Assembly: GCA_964466675.1 (NCBI GenBank)
Contig: CAYXSE010000001.1
Coordinates: 1,580-41,413, forward strand
DNA from: an uncultured Rhodothermales bacterium
GTDB lineage: Bacteria > Bacteroidota > Rhodothermia > Rhodothermales > UBA10348
Direction: 5' to 3'
Length of the DNA: 39,834 bases
Shown: positions 1-8,979 of the stretch, one piece after another
How the letters are laid out: every line of letters begins with the position of its first letter
How positions within the stretch are numbered: position 1 is the stretch's first letter
Position numbers and translations under genes: made by a program
The notes under the pieces: generated by a model
Seen by the model: the letters and a program-made list of their open reading frames with translations, nothing else
The model's database searches: none
Told to the model about the DNA's origin: nothing

Positions 1-2
1 CC

Positions 3-491
3 CTATTACTCATCGCCTCCGGGTGCATCTTCGAGGAATCCGTCGGTCCATCCGGTCCACAAGGTCCGACAGGGAACGCGAACGTCTTCACGCTCAACTT
101 CGATTTCTTCATCGCCGATGCTTCGATCAACGGGAACGTGGCCTCTGTGCAGTACGATGTCGCCGATATCACCCTGAACGTGGTTCAGGAAGGAGCCGTC
201 TTACTCTATTTCCGGGATCAGGACACCTGGACCGCCATGCCGTACACGTTCTTCAACGGAGCCGGTAGAATTGTCTCGTTTGGCTTCGGCTATGACGAGG
301 GCTTCCTTGAGGTGTTCTATGAGACCGCTGCTATCGACCCAGGCACACTGCCAGATCGTGAGATGAAGGCGGTGGTCATCGACGGTTTTCCCGCTTTCAA
401 ATCGGGCCTGGACCTGACCGACTATGAGGCCGTCGCAAGCTTCTTCGGACTGGAAGAAGCCGACGCCAGGCAGCTGAAGACGGAATCATAG
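3..491 (+). CDS. 5'-truncated lipoprotein with short collagen-like (G-X-Y)3 segment
   Basis: The frame of ORF 138..491 is open back to the window edge: LLLIASGCIFEESVGPSGPQGPTGNANVFTLNF. Lipobox-like ASG-C (Cys codon 24-26), then GPSGPQGPTG (45-74) followed by NANV, a pattern I recognise from Bacteroidota-type collagen-like lipoproteins. Start lies upstream of the window. Confidence 0.75.
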   Translation, partial: LLLIASGCIFEESVGPSGPQGPTGNANVFTLNFDFFIADASINGNVASVQYDVADITLNVVQEGAVLLYFRDQDTWTAMPYTFFNGAGRIVSFGFGYDEGFLEVFYETAAIDPGTLPDREMKAVVIDGFPAFKSGLDLTDYEAVASFFGLEEADARQLKTES

Positions 492-614
492 GCGTCTCGA
501 GTGGTCCACAAATTCCTTCCCGAAGAAGTGGCCTCTAAACGCTTTAGTCGCTGCGGGTCGCGTCGATAATCACCTCAGTCAACAGGACGTCAACCCTTCA
601 CGCGATTCTGGCAC

Positions 615-803
615 ATGCGCGATCTAATCTTCGGTTCCAAGATCCAAGTCCGACGGACAAGCACCCCCAAAATGCGACACGTTATCGCAGGCTTCTGTCG
701 GACGGCGCTCGAGGATTACCGGGAAGCGGGTTACCCTTTTGGAAAGACAATGGACGGGATGTTGATATGGTTCGAGTACGGACAGAGGACAACCGATAAC
801 TAG
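615..803 (+). CDS. Small hypothetical protein (62 aa)
   Basis: ATG-initiated ORF filling an intergenic gap, protein-like composition (ALEDYREAGYPFGKTMDGMLIWFEYGQ), followed by a strong hairpin at 831-864. Confidence 0.55.
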   Translation: MRDLIFGSKIQVRRTSTPKMRHVIAGFCRTALEDYREAGYPFGKTMDGMLIWFEYGQRTTDN

Positions 804-830
804 CAGCGCCAAGCTTCTACGGCCTACCAA

Positions 831-864
831 ATGGGGTCTCGCATCACTCGATGCGAGACCCTAT
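831..864. terminator. Inverted repeat between convergent genes, probable terminator
   Basis: GGGTCTCGCATC-ACTC-GATGCGAGACCC, a perfect 12-bp stem (834-845/850-861) extendable by 3 bp including one G-U. Lies between stops at 803 (+) and 894 (-). No long U tract. Confidence 0.65.
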
Positions 865-893
865 CTGTGTCCGGCATCCGGACTAGCGTGGGA

Positions 894-2045
894 CTAGCGC
901 GTAACGGGCAGGAAGACCGTCTGCGGTCTGTCGTGCTCAAGGACCCGAACGATATAGAGGCCCGGGGTCAGGCGGCTCACGTCCAGGACATGGTTTGAGC
1001 CGGACCTGTGCTGCTCTACATAGACCGCGCGGCCGAGGAGGTCGTAGATGGTCACTTGCGCCGTGGGGCCTGCGGTGATGTTGGCGTAGGTTCCCGCTGG
1101 ATTCGGCCAGACCGAGAGAGCGGGCGCTTCCGGGAAGTCAGAATCGACTCCTGTTGAGGTCGCAAAGCTGAATCTGGCGTGTACGGGCAGGTGGTCCGAC
1201 GTGGAGGAAACGTAGCCCGGGAGTTCAGTCAGGAGCGAGGCATAACGAGCCGCAGAGCCGGAAACGAGCGATTCATCCAGCTCATTGCTGATCAGAATGT
1301 TGTCGATCGTAGACCCCGTTCGACAGGTCGAGTCGTTTCCGCACCACGTCCCAACGTTGCCGTCGGCGATCAGAAACCGGTAGTTCGGATCGCTCACGAA
1401 CGGCGCATACGGGGAGGCCTGACCGAAGGTAATGGATCGGTCGGTCTCGTCATTGAAGTCTCCCAGTACGATGATGCGATCTGAACCATTAAACGTGTCC
1501 AGACTGTTCTTCAGGGCCACCGCCGCCGCCTGTCGTCGCTGAAAGGATGGGAGGTTGCTACAACACTTCATGTGCAGGGTGATGAGGGTCACCTGGACGG
1601 TCGTATCTGCCAGGGTCACGTCCACGTCCATTACCAACGGTGGGCGTCCCGCAAACTGAAAATCGAAGGTGGGTGTCAGAATGTTTCTCACTCTCCTAAC
1701 CCGGACCACGTCCTCACGAAAGAAGAACGCCGTGAATAGATTGCCACTCCCGGTACTCGCAGAGACGTGCCCATCCCAACCGTCTCCGAGTCTGTCCAGC
1801 ATGGTGTTGAACACGGACCGAGAGGTGATCTCCTGCACCCCCCACAAGTCAATCCCGGCCTGATGCATGGTTGCCACCGCGTTCGACATTTGCGGGTCGG
1901 CAACGCGCAACATCTCGATGTTCCAGGAGGCCACATCGAACGTCAGATCATCGCCGACGGGCGTGATCGTTTGACCGAACGAGGGAGTAGTCGCCGCCCA
2001 TAGCAGGCAGAACGCACCCAGTAAGTTTCTCAAGTCTGGTACCAA
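894..2045 (-). CDS. Secreted endonuclease/exonuclease/phosphatase (DNase I-like EEP) with T9SS type A C-terminal sorting domain
   Basis: Signal peptide; EEP motifs SWNIE, GVQEI, LHMK, LGDFND, IDNILIS, SDHLPV; C-terminal VWPNPA...IYDLLGR...LDVSRLTPGLYIVRV. TTG start uncertain. Confidence 0.88.
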   Translation of the reverse strand: MVPDLRNLLGAFCLLWAATTPSFGQTITPVGDDLTFDVASWNIEMLRVADPQMSNAVATMHQAGIDLWGVQEITSRSVFNTMLDRLGDGWDGHVSASTGSGNLFTAFFFREDVVRVRRVRNILTPTFDFQFAGRPPLVMDVDVTLADTTVQVTLITLHMKCCSNLPSFQRRQAAAVALKNSLDTFNGSDRIIVLGDFNDETDRSITFGQASPYAPFVSDPNYRFLIADGNVGTWCGNDSTCRTGSTIDNILISNELDESLVSGSAARYASLLTELPGYVSSTSDHLPVHARFSFATSTGVDSDFPEAPALSVWPNPAGTYANITAGPTAQVTIYDLLGRAVYVEQHRSGSNHVLDVSRLTPGLYIVRVLEHDRPQTVFLPVTR

Positions 2046-2060
2046 ATTCAGGTGCTCCGA

Positions 2061-3332
2061 CTATTCGAAGTCCGTATTCAACCGGAACCTCGATAGGCGG
2101 TTGTTGCCGGTGTCCGCCACATAAACGATCCGAGCGAAGTACCCGATCCCGTTGGGATTGCGGAACTGCCTCGCACCGTCTCCGGAGCCTCCGAAAGAGA
2201 CGATCACGGGCTTGGTAGACCGGGCGCCCGGCGGCGGAGCTACGCCTTCGACGCCAGCCGACGTAAAAATAAAGAGGCTGTCTTTGGCGGCATCCAGGAC
2301 GAAGATGTAGTTGGAGCCGTCGGCAGCGAACATGATGTCGGACGGGTGGTCGAATTTGAACTCATCGTAGAGAAATCCGTCGCCTCTCGCCTCATTCGCC
2401 GTGATGGTCAGCTTGTCCGTATCCGGCCGGTATTCCAGCCCATCCGAGGTGAGCACTGTTATAATGGACAGGACCGCGAACCGGATTGGGCCGGTACCGA
2501 CGAGCGGCCCGTCGCCGTCTGGATCGGTCGACTGAGCGAGAATGAGCTGTTTGTCCTCGGCTCCACCAAAAGCCAGCCGCTGAGGAGGATGGACAAACGT
2601 TGTTACGTCGGTCGGGTAGATCGCGCTTCGCAGGCTTTCCCGATTCGGATCCAGGACTGCGATTGACTGGACGTTGATGCCATCGGTGGTGAATTCCATG
2701 ATGGCGTTATGGGGCAGGATGATCGAAGTCCGATCATTGATGGGCCCACGACGCGAAACGTAGAGCCGGTTGTTGTTTAGTACCCCTACGCCCGTAAACT
2801 CCACCTGCTCGTCGGTCTCGAAGGGGTCCGGTCTGTTGAACTTTCGGGAATCGTCGTCGAACGGGTGCCAGATGATGTTACTGAGCGAGGGGGCACCCGT
2901 GGTCAGCCCGGTATAGTGGAGGACAACGGGCAGCGTCCATGTACGCCCGGCCAGGGTAGTATCCCTCCTTGCCGTGACGTAGACGTCCAGCTTTCGGTCT
3001 TGGGTCACGGAGGTGCCTCCGCCCGGAATCGGCTGAAAGAGAGCGGGGCGACCAGACAAGTCCAGGACGTGCAGGCCCCGACCGTCCACGACATAAAGAA
3101 ACTCGTCATAGCCGACGTACACATCCCGGGGAGCCTCGAACTGCGCCCCATCGGCACCTAGCTGGAAGAAGGGGAATAGCGGCACGTATTCGGCTTCGCT
3201 GATCAGTCCCGGCTCTCTCCGGCCTGCTTCGAATACTTCGTCCGTGGTGGCGTTCTTTTTCGAGCCGAATATGTCTCCGCATCCGGTGAGGAGAGCAAGG
3301 GCGAAGAGGAATGTGAGGGGCCGAAGATTCAT
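2061..3332 (-). CDS. Lipoprotein with NHL/beta-propeller repeats
   Basis: Start reassigned to ATG at 3332 (MNLRPLTFLFALALLTGC, lipobox), overlapping the upstream stop (TGATG). NHL-like blades APRDVYVGYDEFLYVVD, HPSDIMFAADGSNYIFVLD, FRNPNGIGYFARIVYVADTGNNRL. Confidence 0.8.
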   Translation of the reverse strand: MNLRPLTFLFALALLTGCGDIFGSKKNATTDEVFEAGRREPGLISEAEYVPLFPFFQLGADGAQFEAPRDVYVGYDEFLYVVDGRGLHVLDLSGRPALFQPIPGGGTSVTQDRKLDVYVTARRDTTLAGRTWTLPVVLHYTGLTTGAPSLSNIIWHPFDDDSRKFNRPDPFETDEQVEFTGVGVLNNNRLYVSRRGPINDRTSIILPHNAIMEFTTDGINVQSIAVLDPNRESLRSAIYPTDVTTFVHPPQRLAFGGAEDKQLILAQSTDPDGDGPLVGTGPIRFAVLSIITVLTSDGLEYRPDTDKLTITANEARGDGFLYDEFKFDHPSDIMFAADGSNYIFVLDAAKDSLFIFTSAGVEGVAPPPGARSTKPVIVSFGGSGDGARQFRNPNGIGYFARIVYVADTGNNRLSRFRLNTDFE

Positions 3333-4408
3333 CAAAGCGAAATATTGAGGCCGAATCTGTGGACGTTGCCCAATCGCTCCAGTCGATTGAATCCGTAATC
3401 CGCCCGAATGCCCTGTTTCAATCCAGGCACGGCTATTCCTACCCCGAGGGAAGGAGTCGACGCCTCGTCTACGCCCAGGCGGTATCCGGTTCTGAGCCAC
3501 AGAGTCTCTTGCCAGCCGTACTCGATGCCCACGTTCCAATTTTCCGCGTTGTCGGCCGGATTGTTCAGCTGCGCCGAAACGGTCGCGGAGTGCTCGGACG
3601 AGCCTCTCAAGAGCTCGTACGTGATGCCCATGAGGAATGTGGTTGGAGCGGTGGTACTCTCAAAATCGGTTTCCAGCGCGACCGGGTCGGCACCCACAAT
3701 GGTTCGTTCGATTTGGCCGGAAGGAGTTCCATCGAGTCCGAAGTTGCGTACCGCGACCCCCATAGCAGCACCAGTAGCACCCACCCGGTAGAAAATGCCC
3801 AGGTCAAAGACGTAGGTCGAGTTGGTCAAGCCCGCGACCTGCTCCCGGACATACTTGGCGGTTATTCCATAGCTAAACAGATCCGTCAGTCTCTGTGCCG
3901 CGGTGATTCCGATGGCGAGGTCCCGGAGTGCAAACGTTTCGCCCGTTCCGAACGGCTGAAACTCCGTAGTGACATCCATGGTGCCGGAATCCAGGGTCTG
4001 GAAGGTCAGTCCCAAGGAAAAACTGCTTCTGGGGAGGTTGTACACGGCTGACGCGGCAGCCATCTGGACATCGACGAAGTAGGAAGCCTGCTGAAGCGAA
4101 ATGTGAAAGCCCTCCAGTTGTGCACCCAGAGCGGGATTCCAGAACAGGGCCGCGGCTCCCTGAGCCGTCGCAACGGCCGTCTGGCCGAGCGCTGCGCCTC
4201 GGGGGTCGACCGGAATCTTGAGAAACTGAAACCCGGAGGTACCAGCACGCTCCCCACCCAACGACGGCAATACCTGAGAAAGCGCCGGTGTCGCCGGGCC
4301 GGCTATCGAGAGGATCACCAGCAGGGCGCCGAACCTTCTGGCCGCCGACAAAGGCAACCTGGAGGCACACCTTCGTAAGCACGAGATATGGTGGGTAGTG
4401 GGAGCCAT
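3332..4408 (-). CDS. PorV/PorQ-family (UPF0164-like) outer-membrane beta-barrel
   Basis: N-terminal family signature GTSGFQFLKIPVDPRGAALG...ALFWNPA, amphipathic beta strands, C-terminal HRFGLNISL. Start overlaps the TBDR stop (TAATG). Confidence 0.85.
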   Translation of the reverse strand: MAPTTHHISCLRRCASRLPLSAARRFGALLVILSIAGPATPALSQVLPSLGGERAGTSGFQFLKIPVDPRGAALGQTAVATAQGAAALFWNPALGAQLEGFHISLQQASYFVDVQMAAASAVYNLPRSSFSLGLTFQTLDSGTMDVTTEFQPFGTGETFALRDLAIGITAAQRLTDLFSYGITAKYVREQVAGLTNSTYVFDLGIFYRVGATGAAMGVAVRNFGLDGTPSGQIERTIVGADPVALETDFESTTAPTTFLMGITYELLRGSSEHSATVSAQLNNPADNAENWNVGIEYGWQETLWLRTGYRLGVDEASTPSLGVGIAVPGLKQGIRADYGFNRLERLGNVHRFGLNISL

Positions 4409-7314
4409 TAGAACCGGAAGGCCGCCCCGAGCATGATGTGGCGCTGCGCCATGAAGCGTGCGGGGTTGAACGGCGGAAGGCCTGAGGTGCTCGGATCCTC
4501 GAAACGGGGGTCTCGGGTGCCTCCCGAAACGTCGAACTCGGTATTTCCCCGCAACGCAACAAAATCGGTCGATGCGTTGACGTCGGGATAAGCCCTGCCG
4601 GTCACCGGGTTGATGATCACGGCGTTCTTCTGGTTAAAGAGGTTCGTGATCTCCAGCGTAAGAGCGACCGTCGTCCCTGCCACGTCGATGCTTTTCTCGA
4701 AACTGAAGTCTACCCAAAACCAGCTGGCCCCAATCTCGGAAAAACGCTTGGATGGGTCAGAGTCCGCCTCATAAATGGGTCGCCAGTCCTGCGCCCCCGT
4801 AAACGGGTTCACCTCATTGCCACGGAAGATGACCGGCGTGTACCGTTGTCCACTTCGGAACGTGGCGGCGACGTAGGTCTTGATCTGATTCAAGCCGGGT
4901 ATGCCGAGGAAGGGGGTGCTCTTGAACCGGGAAAGGGTAATCGACCCCTTCAGGTCTAGAGGACGGTCCCAGGCTAGCGGAGTCTCCGACGTGTTGTCTA
5001 TATCCCCGTTGGCCAGGAACTGACTCAATGCCTCGTTATTCGTTGAACTCAGTCCGGTAGCCCTGGAGAAGGACCCGGACACACGCCCCTGGAGCCAGTC
5101 GCCGACGCGCTTGAGATAACTCGCCTCGATCCCGCGGACCCTCGCAAAATCACCGTTAACTCTGAAAGCGCGGGATACTTCGCGGCCAGTTGGGTCCGGG
5201 ACGACGATGCTTTCGACCGTAATGAAATCGAACTTATCTCTCCAGAACGCCGTCAGCGTGAGGGCGTCGTTGCTCGAGAATTGAGTGCGGAGCCCCAACT
5301 CGTAAGAGATGTCAACCTCGGGGTCCAGGTTCGGATTTCCGAGGTCTGCGAAGAAGGATCGATCCTGGAAGAACGGGTCCAGTCCTGTATAAACAAACGT
5401 CGGGTGGGGGAGTTTGGTCGAGTGGCCGTAGTTAAAGAACATCACCCGATTTTCCTTGATCGGGAACGAGACGCGGACCTTGGGAAGTAGTCTGAACTTG
5501 GTTCGGAGACCGAAAAAATTGATTGTACTGTTCTTGTACGCCTCACGAATCGTGTCTAGGATGGGGGCTCTCTCGTCGTCAATCAGGTCATCCACATATT
5601 GCCCGGGAGACCAGTATTCGAATCGAGCTCCGAAGTTGGCGATGAGGCCGCGATAACGGATCTGGTGATTGCCGAAGATCGCTCCTCTTCTGGGCTTAAC
5701 CCGCCAGATATCCGAACTCTCTCCGAGGCGGTCTGAACTCGCACCCTCGGTGGTTCCAATCGGGGCGCCAACCCAGGGTCGGATCACATCGATCCACTGA
5801 TAGTCGTTCAGCTTCATTTCGAGGCCGGCCGTAGTACGGTTATTCTTGTCCTCGCTGAAGCGGGTGTAGGTGATTTTCGTCGTCCATTCTTCCGCGAAAT
5901 GATCGTGAAAGCGAGTGGCGATCCCACCATTGTTTATCAGTCCGGGCCCCGGGAGAACGAAGAGAGCGTTGGGGTCGATGGGATCCCCGGCCGAATCCAC
6001 GAACAAGTTCGCCGGGAAGGGGACATTACTCGTCGGGTCCAGTTCAGAATCCACATTCTCTGGCCTCCAAGCACGCCCGTTGGCGTCTGCTCTCAGTCGA
6101 GTAAAGAGTCGGCTGACCTGCACATCGTAGAAGGAGCGTTGGTTTAATACGTGGGACCACTTGACGTACGAGATGATGTTATCGTGCGCGTAGGTGTTGG
6201 CCCTGTCCGGCTGAAGGATGAAAGCATATTGGAAGCCTGGCTGGACAATGGCCTCATTACCGGTCACCTGCAACATGCGAGTGTTCTGGTTCACCGTGAG
6301 CGAGCGCTGGTACGAGGTTTGCAGGCGCATCCCGGGCTTGATGTCCCAGGTCAGCTTGGAGATGCCGCTCCAACGATTGCCAGTCCGCGGCGTGAAGAAA
6401 GTACCGCCAATGAGCGAGGAGCGAACCTGGTCCGGCGTGGCTACTTGCCGAGTGAACCCGTCGGAAAGCTGGGTCTGCCCGGAAATGAAGAACCGTAGGT
6501 GATTCTTGATGATGGGCCCGCTGAAGTTTAGCTCGTACAGGGACTCTTCGAAGTTTGACGCTGCCGTGTTGTTGAATCCAAAACCATCCCGTGTATGCGA
6601 GAAAAAGCCCTGGAATGTGTCTGTCCCCGACTGTGTGGTTACGGCCACCACACCTGAAGTCACATCTCCGAACTCTGCGCCGATGCCACCGGTCGTGACC
6701 TGGATTTCGGAGAAGGCATTGGAACCGATGTCCAGGCCGAAGCCGGTCCCGGCCAGGGGGTCCTTAGCGGAAACGCCGTCGACAATAAATCCAGTCTCGT
6801 CTGCACGCCCTCCCCGGATATAGACACCGGTCGGGTCCATGATTACCCCCACCTGAGTGGCTACAGCTGCCCGCACATCACGGAGCGGCGCGACTGCGAG
6901 TTCGTCTCGTCCGATGGTGAACGTTGATGACGCGTTTTCGACATCAACCAAGGGTTTTTCCCCAATGACAATGATCTCCTGGTCCGTAGACAGGATGGCA
7001 GGCTTGAGGACAACATCCAGAGCGGTGTCTCGTCCTTCTGTGACCGCAATCGCCGTAAAAAGCAGTGTCTCGAAACCGATGTAGGAGACTCGAACCGAAT
7101 ATTCACCTACTCGCAGGGCAGGGATCGTATACCGCCCGTCTAGGTCGGTCGCGGAACCGAAGCTCGTGCCCATGACAATTACGTTCACGCCGATTAGCGC
7201 TTCGCCCGTTTCCGCGTCTGTGATTCTCCCGGAAATGGTCCCTTGTCCCAGAGCCAGATCGGCCGTGAGGAACGAGGTGGAAAGAGCGAATATGAGGATC
7301 CAGAGTCGGTTCAT
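4408..7314 (-). CDS. TonB-dependent receptor with N-terminal carboxypeptidase-regulatory-like domain
   Basis: GTISGRITDAETGEALIGVNV...GSATDLDGRYTI N-domain; plug motif YIRGGRADETGFIVDGV and GGIGAEFGDVTSGVVAV; GNPNLDPE...YELG barrel motif; C-terminal Phe (AAFRF). ATGA overlap with the upstream gene. Confidence 0.93.
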   Translation of the reverse strand: MNRLWILIFALSTSFLTADLALGQGTISGRITDAETGEALIGVNVIVMGTSFGSATDLDGRYTIPALRVGEYSVRVSYIGFETLLFTAIAVTEGRDTALDVVLKPAILSTDQEIIVIGEKPLVDVENASSTFTIGRDELAVAPLRDVRAAVATQVGVIMDPTGVYIRGGRADETGFIVDGVSAKDPLAGTGFGLDIGSNAFSEIQVTTGGIGAEFGDVTSGVVAVTTQSGTDTFQGFFSHTRDGFGFNNTAASNFEESLYELNFSGPIIKNHLRFFISGQTQLSDGFTRQVATPDQVRSSLIGGTFFTPRTGNRWSGISKLTWDIKPGMRLQTSYQRSLTVNQNTRMLQVTGNEAIVQPGFQYAFILQPDRANTYAHDNIISYVKWSHVLNQRSFYDVQVSRLFTRLRADANGRAWRPENVDSELDPTSNVPFPANLFVDSAGDPIDPNALFVLPGPGLINNGGIATRFHDHFAEEWTTKITYTRFSEDKNNRTTAGLEMKLNDYQWIDVIRPWVGAPIGTTEGASSDRLGESSDIWRVKPRRGAIFGNHQIRYRGLIANFGARFEYWSPGQYVDDLIDDERAPILDTIREAYKNSTINFFGLRTKFRLLPKVRVSFPIKENRVMFFNYGHSTKLPHPTFVYTGLDPFFQDRSFFADLGNPNLDPEVDISYELGLRTQFSSNDALTLTAFWRDKFDFITVESIVVPDPTGREVSRAFRVNGDFARVRGIEASYLKRVGDWLQGRVSGSFSRATGLSSTNNEALSQFLANGDIDNTSETPLAWDRPLDLKGSITLSRFKSTPFLGIPGLNQIKTYVAATFRSGQRYTPVIFRGNEVNPFTGAQDWRPIYEADSDPSKRFSEIGASWFWVDFSFEKSIDVAGTTVALTLEITNLFNQKNAVIINPVTGRAYPDVNASTDFVALRGNTEFDVSGGTRDPRFEDPSTSGLPPFNPARFMAQRHIMLGAAFRF

Positions 7315-8924
7315 CGAGGGAATCCCAGGCTTTCCAAAATAAGGTGGACGGCGCGTGCAGGGGCATCCGGGTCGCCGTCTTCCCCCACGAGCAGAGGTGC
7401 GCCGGTCTGCTGATTGATGAGCGGGATAGCGAAGAGCCCCACCCGCCGGTCGGCGCTAATCGAAGCCACGGTGGACGCTCCTGGCCAAGTCCCCTGGCGG
7501 CTCCCCTGGCGGGTTACGTACCGATACCGGGCTTCGTAGAGTGGAATGGTGTTGGCGCCCTGTGCGATGTACGGCAGCGTATTGATCTGAAATCCAGCGG
7601 ACTTCAGCGCTGGGAGCGGTTCGGAAACTCCCGGGACCGGCCCAGACGGCGTGAGTGGGGCGTTGAATGCCAATCTCAGCGTCGGACGGAGCGTATCGGG
7701 AAAACTGATTAGCTGGCTGATCGGCAGCAGTAGAATAGCCGCGTTGTTGAATGCGTCGTCCGGGACTGCCGGAATGGCCACCGGGGAATGCACCAGCAAT
7801 TTTCCTCCTCCATCGAAGAACGCGTCCATTGCGGCGGCAGCGAACGGAAGGTTGTTCGTCGTAATGCGATCGGTTGTCGCTGTCGCAAGCCAGTAGATGT
7901 ACTTATATCGCGAGAAAGTCTGATTCAGAGTAGGGTCAGACAACGGAGGGAGGGAGGATGAGCGGGGCGTCGCCCCCGCGCTGCCGGTCGTAAAGGGAAG
8001 CGACAAGTCCCAGATGTCTACGGCTTTCCCCGGAGGCAGGTAGTCCTCCAGGATCCCGACATGGTGCGCCACCATTCTCGGATTGGTGGAATTTCTGTAG
8101 TCGTTTACAAACAGCACGTCACTGTGCTGTGCCTTGACGTACCAGGTATAGCGCTCCAGGACGCTGGTGGTGTCCGTCTGATCTACGGCGCGAAGGTAAA
8201 ACGTGTTATCGCTGTCCAATTGGAGTCCCGGGACCCGGATTGACGATCGATTGAATCCGCGTCCCGTGTAGACCTCGGCATCGACTACCGTGCCGCCAGA
8301 GAGGTCGGTGGGGCCGACCAAAGTGACGAAATCGATGTCTGGCGCGATGGACACGAATTGCGTCGAATCATTGAGGCTAATCTCAATTCGAGCAAGGTTC
8401 GCTACGCCCTCGGGATCGTCGGCCGTCCAGGAGAACGATATCACCGGAAACGTGCTGTCCGGAGGTAGCTCGAAGGAGCCTAGCCGGATCGACGGAGGCG
8501 AGTTCTGAATAGGGAAGACGGTTCGTGCGGGTGTCGGATCGACCAGCCCTTCGTTGTCAACAGACCGGACCTCGAACACCACGTTGGCGATTTTTTCGCC
8601 CCGGGGGATAGGGAGGAGGACCAACGAATCATTGGCGGCGGTCGCCGTCCATTCGCCCGATGAAGGCTCGGTGGTTCCGAAGAACCTGATCTCGAAGCCG
8701 GTTACGAACCCGTCGGGGTCCGTGCCGCTCCAGGAGACAAATACGGTGCTGGTCAGGCGGTCCGAGCCAGCCAGGTTATCGACGAGCGAGGTGTCCCTCA
8801 CAGCCAATTGTGTGTCCGGAGTGCGTGCGGCGAAGCGTTCTCCGGAAAAATCCGAATCACACGACACCACAAACATGCTCGTGGCCAGTACGAGGCCGAG
8901 GATATGAGAAGCTCTAATGCGCAT
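7311..8924 (-). CDS. Lipoprotein with two FN3/Ig-like domains and a C-terminal alpha/beta domain
   Basis: Lipobox VVSC; repeats VSWSGTDPDG...FEVRSVDNEGLVDPTPA and FSWTADDPEG...FYLRAVDQ; C-terminal DVLFVND...YKYIYW...FFDGGGKLLV segment. No SusD-like features recognised. Confidence 0.75.
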   Translation of the reverse strand: MRIRASHILGLVLATSMFVVSCDSDFSGERFAARTPDTQLAVRDTSLVDNLAGSDRLTSTVFVSWSGTDPDGFVTGFEIRFFGTTEPSSGEWTATAANDSLVLLPIPRGEKIANVVFEVRSVDNEGLVDPTPARTVFPIQNSPPSIRLGSFELPPDSTFPVISFSWTADDPEGVANLARIEISLNDSTQFVSIAPDIDFVTLVGPTDLSGGTVVDAEVYTGRGFNRSSIRVPGLQLDSDNTFYLRAVDQTDTTSVLERYTWYVKAQHSDVLFVNDYRNSTNPRMVAHHVGILEDYLPPGKAVDIWDLSLPFTTGSAGATPRSSSLPPLSDPTLNQTFSRYKYIYWLATATTDRITTNNLPFAAAAMDAFFDGGGKLLVHSPVAIPAVPDDAFNNAAILLLPISQLISFPDTLRPTLRLAFNAPLTPSGPVPGVSEPLPALKSAGFQINTLPYIAQGANTIPLYEARYRYVTRQGSRQGTWPGASTVASISADRRVGLFAIPLINQQTGAPLLVGEDGDPDAPARAVHLILESLGFPR

Positions 8925-8931
8925 GTTTCAG

Positions 8932-8971
8932 GGCAAGAGGGGGGAGGATCAGGCACCCTCCCCCCGTTGCC
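8932..8971 (-). promoter_or_regulatory. Intercistronic GC-rich stem-loop without U tract (possible mRNA stabiliser or attenuator)
   Basis: Minus strand GGCAACGGGGGGAGG-GTGCCTGAT-CCTCCCCCCTCTTGCC, between the stop at 8980 and the ATG at 8924. Confidence 0.55.
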
Positions 8972-8979
8972 ACTCGAAA

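Noticed and set aside
3333-3539. N-terminal extension of ORF 2061..3539
   Set aside because: It overlaps the PorV-like gene; the lipoprotein signal starts at 3332 with a TGATG coupling.
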